Assembly (NCBI RefSeq): GCF_006345805.1
Contig: NW_021825380.1
Coordinates: 1 to 15,779 of the forward strand
DNA: 15,779 nt
DNA from: Octopus sinensis
Taxonomy: Eukaryota
Direction: 5' to 3'
The notes under the pieces were generated by a model. The model was not told the origin of the DNA. It saw only the letters and a program-made list of their open reading frames with translations, and made no database searches. A program made the translations under genes and the position numbers. This document shows, one piece after another, positions 1-8,209 of the stretch. Each line of letters starts with the position of its first letter. Position 1 is the stretch's first letter.

Positions 1-129
1 TTTTCCGACTTGAAAATTGTTAAAAGTTTTGGTTGAAAATTTATTTTTACTGCTATTCGTTGGTGCCTTTGGGAAAAATAAGTTGACGAAAATACGCTAA
101 AGTCATGTCTGTCCTAAAATTGGAGCGAC

Positions 130-637
130 ATTGGTCCTTCATATATCGACCCCGAAAAGATGAAAGATAAAGCCGAGCTTTGCGGAACTTGAACCCACAA
201 TGAAGCGAAGGACGAAATACCTATTTCTTTACTACCCACAAGGGTCTAAACATAGAGTGGGCAAACAAGGACAGACAAACGGATTAAGTCGATTATATCG
301 ACCCCCAATGCGTAACTGGTACTTATTTAATCGATCCCGAAAGGATGAAAGGCAAAGTCGACCTCGGCGGAATTTGAACTCAGAACGTAACGACAGACGA
401 AATACCTATTTCTTTACTACCCACAAGGGGCTAAACACAGAGAGGACAAACAAGGACAGACAAACGGATTAAGTCGATTATATCGACCCCAGTGCGTAAC
501 TGGTACTTATTTAATCGATCCCGAAAGGATGAAAGGGAAAGTCGACCTCGGCGGAATTTGAACTCACAACGTAGCGGCAGACGAAATACCGCTAAGCATT
601 TCGCCCGGCGTGCTAACGTTTCTGCCAGCTCGACGCG
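130..637 (-). mobile_element. SINE family B (tRNA head plus Meta-like domain), multimer: one head and about 2.5 tandem 185-bp bodies
   Basis: The minus strand from 637 reads GCGTCGAGCTGGCAGAAACGTTAGCACGCCGGGCGAAATGCTTAGCGGTATTTCG...GAGTTCAAATTCCGCC, with A-box-like and B-box (GTTCAAATTC) motifs. The body repeats with a period of 185 (CTATTTCTTTACTACCCACAAG at 221 and 406). The 130-220 unit is partial and more diverged. The core GGTCGACTTTGCCTTTCATCCTTTCGGGATCGAT resembles the MetaSINE domain as I recall it. Confidence 0.85.
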
Positions 638-667
638 TTAATAATAACAACAACAACAATAATAATA
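638..667. repeat. (TAA/CAA)n microsatellite, 5' flank of the R4/Dong fragment
   Basis: Sequence reads TTAATAATAACAACAACAACAATAATAAT directly. Confidence 0.9.
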
Positions 668-1052
668 AAACTGAGTAAGTATAAAGGTGTTGAAATAGAA
701 ATTGGCAAAATATGGGACCTCAAGGCTAAAACAATACCTATTGTCATATGTGCCCTAGGAATAATAGCAAAAGTGGCTGATTACTACCTGGACCAGATAC
801 CAGGAAATCACCAAATGGTAGAAATTCAAAAGATCGTACTCATGGGAACTGCCCATATCCTACGTAAAATACTGTCTATGTAATCTCATAATTTTCTTAT
901 GGTTTCTTAAACATTCACTAGAACAATACTATGTACAAAACCAAATATATGACACCCTAGGCATAACACCAACATGAACTTCTAACTTGTCTCTTGAGGC
1001 CGCTGGGTGAGACTTGGAACCAACTTGTACAAATATAAAGCAAAAGTCAAAC

Positions 1053-1053
<1 letters not shown>
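668..1053 (+). mobile_element. 5'-truncated R4/Dong-clade non-LTR retrotransposon (end of the restriction-like endonuclease domain plus 3' UTR)
   Basis: 668-883 translates without interruption as KLSKYKGVEIEIGKIWDLKAKTIPIVICALGIIAKVADYYLDQIPGNHQMVEIQKIVLMGTAHILRKILSM*. This matches the R4/Dong C-terminal pattern K..KY..L..EI..MW...T.P.VIGALG...QK.VL.GTA.ILRK.L. About 170 bp of 3' UTR follows, then (TAA)11. There are TAA repeats on both sides. Confidence 0.85.

Positions 1054-1086
<33 letters not shown>
1054..1086. repeat. (TAA)11 microsatellite (tail or target of the R4/Dong fragment)
   Basis: Perfect TAA x11. It explains the poly-Leu in the 982..1284 ORF. Confidence 0.95.
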
Positions 1087-1088
<2 letters not shown>

Positions 1089-1548
1089 GCCCTGATGCAG
1101 TACAAGGCAGTGGTTCTCGTGGCTGCTGATCTGAACTGATTGGAAGTGTTATTATGTACGTTGTTTTGTCTTGGTATAAAAGATGGCCTACAGCATATAT
1201 TCTGCTCAATACCACAGATTTGCTTGTCAGTTGTTTGACCTTAACCAGTTGGCCATGTCCCTTGGTGGCTGATGATATGTGCATCTCTGATCACAAGCAG
1301 AAGTAGTGGGGAAGCATCATAGCCATATGCTGAGAGGAATTCTTTGACGTTTGGTTAATAAACCTCTGGAAACATGGGTGGTTCTTTCAACATCCTTAAG
1401 CAATCCTTATTCAAGGACCTTTTGAGCTGGAGAGGCTACTCGACCTGATGAAAATTCCTTCTGGGCCCCGCCTGCAAAGTCATGCGCCTTTTATCTTGAT
1501 ATGGTTACGATGCCTGTGCCTGGTGTATCCTTATCAGACGTGTACACC
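1087..1548. mobile_element. Probable interspersed repeat of unassigned family, adjoining the TAA tract
   Basis: Complex sequence of moderate GC content between (TAA)n and (GAT)n. I recall closely similar sequence recurring next to TAA tracts in octopus DNA, but this is not verifiable within the window. Confidence 0.35.
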
Positions 1549-2642
1549 ATGATGACAACGATAATGATGAGAATAATGGAAATAAAATTGATGATGATGA
1601 TAACAGCTACCACGATGAAGTCTATGGAAATGATTGAAGATGATGATGATGATAATAAATGTAATGATGAATAAGGTGGTGGTGGTGGTAATGAAGAAGA
1701 TGATGACGGTGATTATGGTGATGATAATGATGTTGATGATGATGATGATGGCAACAATGAGATGGTGATGGTGATGATGGCAACGATGAAGAGAATGATG
1801 ATGGTGATGTTGATGACGATAATGATGACGATGATGATGATGGTGATGATGAGGACGGCGACGATGAGAGCAATGATGATGATTATGAAGACGACGACGA
1901 CGATGAGGATTATGATGATGACGATGATGAAACGGATGGTGATGACGTCGATGAAGGCGCTGTTGATGGTGATGATGATAATGATGATGATGATGTCACC
2001 GATGAAGGTAATGATTATTGTGATGATGGTGATGATGACGACGACGATGATGACGGTGATGATAATGATGACGATGATGAATCTGATGATGATGATGATT
2101 ATGATGATGACGATGATGACGACGACGACGATGATGACAATGATGATAATGAAGATGATGTTGAATGTGATGATGATGATTGTGATGATGACGACGATGA
2201 TGACGGTGATGATAATGATGACGATGATGAATGTGATGATGATGTTGAATGTGATGATGATGATTGTGATTATGACAATGATGATGACGACGACGATGAT
2301 GACAATAATGATAATGATGATGATGTTGAATGTGATGATGATTGTGATGATGACGATGATGATGATGATGACGACGATGATGACAGTGATGATAATGATG
2401 ATGATGTTGAATGTGATGATGATGATTATGATGACGATGATGATGACGACGACGATGATGACGACGACGACGATGATGTCAGTGATGATAATGATGATGA
2501 TGTTGAATGTGATGATGACGACGACGATGATGACAGTGATGATAATGATGATGATTGTGATGATGACGACGATGATGACAGTGATGATAATGATGACGAT
2601 GATGATAATGATGACGATGATGAATGTGATGATGATGATGAC
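1549..2642. repeat. Degenerate (GAT)n triplet satellite with a higher-order subrepeat in its 3' half
   Basis: About 1.1 kb of GAT/GAC/AAT/GGT triplets. GATGTTGAATGTGATGATGATGATTGTGATGATGACGACG-type blocks recur from about 2155 to 2640. It is the source of the poly-Met, poly-His and poly-Ser ORFs. Confidence 0.95.
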
Positions 2643-3165
2643 GTTGTTGGTTAACCAAAAAAAAAAGAAAAGAAATGTCTAATCGCCCTCCCCTGTGTCC
2701 CATTATCAACCCATTACACATCACCTATTCCTACACCGTTTGTAGTTAGCGAGCGTCTTTGATTAATTGCCGTTTATTTTTTATTCATATACATTTTCGT
2801 CTGTTCCGAAGGTTTCAGAGGAATCTACTTCGGGTGGTATCACGTTTTGAATTTACGCTCATGAATAATTCCGAACGAGACTAATTAGAAAGCGAAAAAT
2901 ATATTTAAAAATATAAAAAAAAAAGTGCCGTAACAAATGTGTTTTCTTTTTTCCGTTGTAATAATTTATAAACCTAACTTTTGACTTTTTAACATACATT
3001 CAAGGAAATTTCTTTCACGATACCACAATAGATCTTTCGGACAAGCAAATCAATTTAGGAAACCAACAAAAGGACAGGCGGGCGAACGGGCGGGCGGGGG
3101 TTTGATGAAATGCATCTTGCTTTCTAACCTATTCGTGATTGGGACAGCGACGGTCAAGGGGAATG

Positions 3166-3981
3166 GAGGTTTGGAAACCTATTGTTGTCATAAAGTTTCT
3201 GAGCAATCTGTCATGTAATTAATTTCTCACCCACTTACATTCATACCCCACGGAACCAAACGCAGACGCTTTTCCTCATCAAAACTTTAGGCGCTATTGT
3301 TGTTTTCTTTGTCCGTCGTCTGTTGATTTTTGTTGTGTATTTTATTTGATGAAGCTGCCTGGAGGAAAGATTAGTGCGCATGTCTTCTGAAGGAGCCTCC
3401 ACCCCAAGCCTGGTGAGATCGATGCCGTTAATATTGCGGTTATATTGTAGAAAACACTTACGGAGAAAAACAAGAGTCGGGGGAGGATCTGGAGGACAGA
3501 CATGCTGGGGAAGAAGGACCGCGAATCGTAGTTAGTTAGAAGCTAGAGATGCTCGGCACAAAACCGATGAGGGGTTTGGAAACCTATTGTTGTCATAAAG
3601 TTTCTGAGCAATCTGTCATGTAATTAATTTCTCACCCACTTACATTCATACCCCACGGAACCAGACGCAGACGCTTTTCCTCATCAAAACTTTAGGCGCT
3701 ATTGTTGTTTTCTTTGTCGTTCGTCTGCTGATTTTTGTTGTGTATATTATTTGATGAAGCTGCCTGGAGGAAAGAAAGATTAGTGCGCATGTCTTCTGCA
3801 GGAGCCTCCACCCTCAAGCCTGGTGAGATCGATGCTGTTAATATTGCGGTTATATTGTAGAAAACACTTACGGAGAAACACAGGAGTCGGGGGAGGATCT
3901 GGAGGACAGACATGCTGGGGAAGAAGTACTGCGAATCGTAGTTAGTGAGAAGCTAGAGATGCTCGGCACAAGACCGAGGAG
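3166..3981. repeat. Tandem duplication of a roughly 405-410-bp non-SINE unit (two copies)
   Basis: GGTTTGGAAACCTATTGTTGTC at 3168 and 3573, and GCTCGGCACA at 3551 and 3961. The copies differ by scattered substitutions and small indels. Confidence 0.95.
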
Positions 3982-4078
3982 AGGCGAAGAGGCGGGTGAG
4001 CTTTGAGTGACTGAGAGGTAGAAGCACAAAATCGGCCAGCTTCGAGAAACAGAAGACTTTATTGTAACGGTAGAATAA

Positions 4079-4842
4079 GGCGGAGAGCTGGCAGAATCGT
4101 TAGCCGCTGGACGAAATGCTTAGTGGTATTTCGTCTGCCAGTACGTTCTGATTTCAAATTCCGCCGAGGTTGACTTTGCCTTTCAACCTTCCGGGGTCGA
4201 TTAGATAAGTACATATTTCTTTACTACCCACACGGGGCTAAACACGGAGAGGACAAACAAGGACAGACAAACGGATTAAGTCGATTATATCGACACCAGT
4301 GCGTAACTGGTACGTAATTTATCGACCTCGAAAGGATGAAAGGCAAAGTCGACCTCGGCGGAATTTGAACTCAGAACGTAACGACAGACGAAATACTGCT
4401 AAGCATTTTGCCCGGTGAGCTAACGTTTCTGCCAGCTCGCTGCCTTCAATAAGTACCAGTTACGCACTGGGGTCGATATAATCGACTTAATCCGTTTGTC
4501 TCCTCTGTGTTTAGCCCCTTGTGGGTAATAAAGAAATAGGTATTTCGTCCGCAGCTACGTTCTGAATACGAATTCCGCCGAGGTCGACTTTGCCTTTCAT
4601 CCTTTCGGGGTCGATTATATAAGTACCAGTTACGCACTGGGGTCGATATAATCGACTTAATCCGTTTGTCTGTCCTTGTTTGTCCTCTCTGTGTTTAGCC
4701 CCTTGTGGGTAGTGAAGAAATAGGTATATCGTCCGCAGTTACGTTCTGAATACAAATTCCGCCGAGGTCGACTTTTCCTTTTATCCTTTCGAGGTCGATT
4801 AAATAAGTACCAGTTATGCACTGTGGTCGATATAATTGACTA
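4079..4842 (+). mobile_element. SINE family B host element: head plus about 2.6 tandem bodies, interrupted by an antisense copy
   Basis: The head GGCGGAGAGCTGGCAGAATCGTTAG starts at 4079. The first unit is split at ATAAGTAC (4205-4212 and 4449-4456). Further units begin GTATTTCGTCC at 4540 and GTATATCGTCC at 4724. Confidence 0.88.
4213..4448 (-). mobile_element. SINE family B full-length monomer inserted antisense into another SINE-B
   Basis: A complete copy, with its head near 4444-4446 and its 3' end ...GTAGTAAAGAAATAT at 4213. It is flanked by the direct repeat ATAAGTAC, an 8-bp TSD. Confidence 0.9.
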
Positions 4843-4910
4843 GACCTTTTTCCCCAAAAATTTTCAAGGCCTTGTTCCTAGAGTAGAAACAGTAATTATA
4901 ACTATTATTG

Positions 4911-4940
4911 ATATATATATATATAATATTATATATATAT

Positions 4941-4990
<50 letters not shown>

Positions 4991-5018
4991 GTGTATATAT
5001 ATATATATGTGCGTGTGT
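4911..5018. repeat. (TA)n/(TG)n microsatellite
   Basis: Direct reading of the sequence. Confidence 0.95.
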
Positions 5019-5059
5019 TCATGCATATATGTATGTAAATCTGTTTATCTATATAATGA

Positions 5060-5401
5060 TGCTTCAAGATAGTCAAAGAAGCCGTAGAGAAAGTGAGGCA
5101 CCTGACAAATAAGTGGTTTGCTAGTGACGGATTTGAATTAAGAGTATACGAAAGAGAAGATGAAGAATTAAATGGAAAGGAGAGAAGAGGAGGAGGTAGA
5201 GTAAGAGAAAGGGGACCTGACGAAAGAGAGAAGAGAGAGAGAGAGAGAAAGGAGGGAGAGGAAGGAGAAGAAATCGGAGAGCTGGAGCAGATCGGGGAAA
5301 AAGGACATGTTGACGGAGAAGACGTAAAGACGGTGGGGGAAGAGGGGGAAGAAGGAAAGAGAAGACGAAGAGGGAAAAAGAAGAAAAAAGGGAGAAGATA
5401 A
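5060..5401 (+). other. Purine-rich open frame, possible exon or TE remnant, unidentified
   Basis: The frame is open from 5060 to TAA at 5399-5401: CFKIVKEAVEKVRHLTNKWFASDGFELRVYEREDEELNG..., then low-complexity E/R/G/K. There is no recognisable domain, and GA-rich DNA gives open frames easily. Confidence 0.2.
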
Positions 5402-5509
5402 GAAACTGTCGCCACAGTCAACAACACTCCAACAAAAACAACAACAAGGGCAAAGACAACAACCAGTAATAACATGAATGGTGGTGGTCACGTGACGTAA
5501 ACTTTGAAT

Positions 5510-5772
5510 GTATACATACATATATATGGTGTATTATATATATACATATATATAAAGATATAAAGATATATAAAGATATATATAAGGATATATATACATA
5601 TATATAAAGATATATATAAAAATATATATACATATATATAAAGATATATATACATATATATACATATATATATAAAGATATATATATGCATATATATATA
5701 ATATACATGCATATATATATATAATATACATGCATATATATATAATATACATGCATATATATATCACACGTG

Positions 5773-5803
<31 letters not shown>

Positions 5804-5815
5804 CATGTATGAATA

Positions 5816-5862
<47 letters not shown>

Positions 5863-5880
5863 TGTGTGTGTGTGTATGTG
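5510..5880. repeat. Compound (TA)n microsatellite with TATATATAAAGA and GCATATATATATAATATACAT subunits, ending in (TG)n
   Basis: Direct reading. It is the source of several Y/I-rich ORFs. Confidence 0.95.
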
Positions 5881-6424
5881 TATTTCTTTGAAATTTTTCG
5901 CGAACCTAATTAGGAGTTGGTAGCTTCGGTAAGTTCCTCTAAGATACCAGTCCAATCTCACAGACAATCCATCAAACGTTCTATAGCATAGAAACGGTAA
6001 AAATAACATTGGCACCTAATACGTTATTGGTGTTTTCGAAAGACATGCGTATGGTTGATGAGGCGGGCGGGCGCCGGTGGCGATGTCGCTGAGAAAATTG
6101 GCGGTTGGGTGCGGCTAAATTAATTCCTTCGATGATTAGTAAGAAAAAATTAAATCGAAAAAGAAAAAAATTCTCCCTTGGCGACCTTTCCTTGGTCATA
6201 CCTCGTCCTTCTACACCAACTAACAAATAAGAAAAAACAACCGCTAGGTGGCGGTTTGGTGATATTTTTCTTCCCACAGTTTGGACTTTCTGTTAACAGG
6301 TTTTCTGTTGGAATATTCAGCTGTGGTTTTTTTAGGAAGTTCTTTAGCGAAATTAGGAACACGAAGCTAATTTCTGCAATTATTGTTCAATGCAAAATCC
6401 GTCGTTTTATTTATCTACACATTT

Positions 6425-6470
6425 ATGTATGTATGTATGTATGTATGTGTGTGTGTGTGTGTGTGTGTGT
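6425..6470. repeat. (TATG)n(TG)n microsatellite
   Basis: Direct reading of the sequence. Confidence 0.95.
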
Positions 6471-6474
6471 TTAT

Positions 6475-6855
6475 AGGAGTGGCTGTGTGGTAAGTAGCTT
6501 GTTTACCAACCACATGGTTCCGGGTTCATTCCAACTGCGTGGTACCATGGGCAAGTGTCATCTACTATAGCCTCGGACCGATCAAAGCCTTGTGAGTGGA
6601 TTTGGCAGACGGAAACTGAAAGAAGCCCGTTGTATATGGGTGTATATATATATATGTATGTGTGTATGTTTGTACCCCTAGCATTGCTTGACAACCGATG
6701 CTGGTGAGCTCACATCCCAGTAATCTAGCGGTTCGGCAAAAGAGACCGATAGAATAAGTACTGGGCTTACAAAGAATAAGTCCCGATGTCGATTTGCTCG
6801 ACTAAAAGGCGGTGCTCCAGCATGGCCGCAGTCAAATGACTGAAACAAGTAAAAG
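6475..6855 (+). mobile_element. SINE family A, near full-length (tRNA head, central domain, internal TA/TG microsatellite, 3' tail)
   Basis: A box in GTGGCTGTGTGGTAAG and a B-box-like GGGTTCATTCC. The central domain reads CTATAGCCTCGG...GCCTTGTGAGTGGATTTGG.AGACGGAAACTGAAAGAAGCCCG and the tail reads GCATGGCCGCAGTCAAATGACTGAAACAAGTAAAAG. It is homologous to the copies at 7688, 14876 and 15444. Confidence 0.92.
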
Positions 6856-6872
6856 TGTATGTATGTATGTAT

Positions 6873-7059
6873 CTCTTTTACTTGTTTTACTCATTTGACT
6901 GCGGCCATGCTGGAGCACTGCCTTTAGTCGAACAAATCGTCCCCAGGGCTTATTCTTTGTAAGCCTAGTACTTATTCTATCGGTCTCTTTTGCCGAACTT
7001 TAGGTTACTGGGATGTGAGCTCACTAGCATCGGTTGTCAAGCAATGCTAGGGGTACAAA
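6873..7059 (-). mobile_element. SINE family A 3' half, inverted relative to the preceding copy
   Basis: Reverse complement of 6669-6855, separated from it by a 17-nt (GTAT)n spacer. Confidence 0.9.
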
Positions 7060-7060
7060 A

Positions 7061-7157
7061 GCATGGTCGCTGGGCAATGATTGATACCAGTAAAAGATAA
7101 GAAATAAATATGTGTATTAGTGAGTGTGTATGTAAATATATATAGAAATATACATAC

Positions 7158-7201
<44 letters not shown>

Positions 7202-7284
7202 ATATATATATATATGTATATATATACATACATTTGTAAGTGTGTAAGTATATATATACTCTCTTTTACTTGTTTCAATCATTT
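7061..7284. repeat. TA/TG-rich tract bracketed by two inward-facing SINE-A tail remnants
   Basis: 7061-7097 is GCATGGTCGCTGGGCAATGATTGATACCAGTAAAAGA (plus-strand tail). 7261-7284 is CTCTTTTACTTGTTTCAATCATTT (minus-strand tail). (TA)n lies between them. Confidence 0.7.
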
Positions 7285-7687
7285 ATGTATATAAATGTCA
7301 GTCAATATCTCATTATTATCCTTAATTACTAAATTGACATCTAAATAATTAATATTCTTTATATTATTACCATTTCCGGTGGCCTAAAGCTTACAGGGAA
7401 TATTTTTATAAGTAAAAATTCAAAAGAAACGTTAAATAGGTATAAATATATCATCATTGTACCTGCAGCATCCATTAAGTTGTTTAAGGAAAGTTTTTCT
7501 TCGCATATAGGTCTTTAAGAAAAAGGAACTCGCATGAAGAAAGATAAAGGTCCACCAAGAGAGGGCTACAATTGCCACTCATTGGAATTCCCCTAACTGC
7601 TCAGACACCCTACTCGCAAACATTACGAACGAAATATTAATAATAAAACTAGCCATTTCTTTAATTTTTCTTTCACTTATATTAGTA
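7285..7687 (-). pseudogene. Penelope-like (PLE) RT fragment 4: motifs B', C and thumb
   Basis: With two frameshifts and some stops it reads TNISERKIKEMASFIINISFVMFASRVSEQ/VRGIPMSGNCSPLLVDLYLSSCEFLFLKDL.../LKQLNGCCRYNDDIFI...[28 protein letters not shown] is at 7580-7591 and RYNDDI (the YxDD motif) at 7447-7464. Confidence 0.88.
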
Positions 7688-8129
7688 GGCACAGGAGTGG
7701 CTGTGTGGTAAATAGCTTGCTTACCAACCACATGATTCCGGGTTCAGTCCCACTGCGTGGCACCTTGGGCAGGTGTCTTCTACTATAGCCTCGGCCGACC
7801 AAAGCCTTGTGAGTGGATTTGGTAGACGGAACTGAAAGAAGCCCGTCGTATATATATATGTATATATATATATATATATATGTATATTATATATTATATA
7901 TATATTATGTATATATATGTATGTATGTGTGTGCGTGTGTGTCTGTGTTTGTCCTCCCCAACATCGCTTGACAACCGATGCCGGTGTGTTTACGTCCCCG
8001 TAACCTAGCGGTTCGGCAAAAAAAGACCGATAGAATAAGTACTTGGCTTACAAAGAATAAGTCCTGGGGTCGATTTGCTCGACTAAAGGCGGTGCTCCAA
8101 CATGGCCGCAGTCAAATGACTGAAACAAG
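7688..8129 (+). mobile_element. SINE family A, full-length, inserted in the PLE RT
   Basis: It starts GGCACAGGAGTGGCTGTGTGG, has the B-box-like GGGTTCAGTCCC, and ends GACTGAAACAAG. A candidate 4-bp TSD AGTA lies at 7684-7687 and 8130-8133, and excision restores the PLE frame (KGY|TNISE). Confidence 0.92.
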
Positions 8130-8209
8130 AGTATATCCCTTATAACAACAATTAGACAAGAAACCTTTACCATTCTTTATAAATATATATTTATATCCTT
8201 TATTAAATA
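8130..8209 (-). pseudogene. PLE RT fragment 3
   Basis: Reads IFNKGYKYIFIKNGKGFLSNCCYKGY, in frame with fragments 2 and 4 once the insertions are removed. Confidence 0.75.

Noticed and set aside
200-472. ORFs over SINE-B (200..472, 4446..4637)
   Set aside because: The peptides simply repeat with the SINE unit and lie in non-coding tRNA-derived sequence.
1762-2682. 306-aa Met-rich ORF and the antisense His/Ser-rich ORFs
   Set aside because: These are frame translations of degenerate (GAT)n. The ATG frame cannot gain stops by single substitutions, and the composition is not protein-like.
2683-3165. Unique stretch with TAAT motifs and a GC-box-like GGGCGGGCGGGG
   Set aside because: Short motifs alone cannot support a regulatory call without conservation or chromatin data.
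5914-5934. Possible 15-nt microexon (AATTAG|GAGTTGGTAGCTTCG|GTAAGT)
   Set aside because: The donor is good but the acceptor context is poor, and such matches occur by chance. There is no linked exon evidence.
4814-6015. Y/I/H-rich ORFs and the 203-aa minus-strand hydrophobic ORF (4864..5475)
   Set aside because: They derive from (TA)n tracts and the complement of the purine-rich tract.
5981-6410. Unique segment with several ORFs, a GC-rich patch and a minus-strand donor-like GAG|GTATGA near 6200
   Set aside because: No recognisable protein, conflicting strands, and an FRKFF resemblance to PLE C-termini that is weak and on the wrong strand.
7285-7440. In-frame TGA codons in the PLE as selenocysteine (reported for some Naiads)
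   Set aside because: The copy also has TAA and TAG stops and frameshifts, so the TGAs are most simply decay. No SECIS element was identified.
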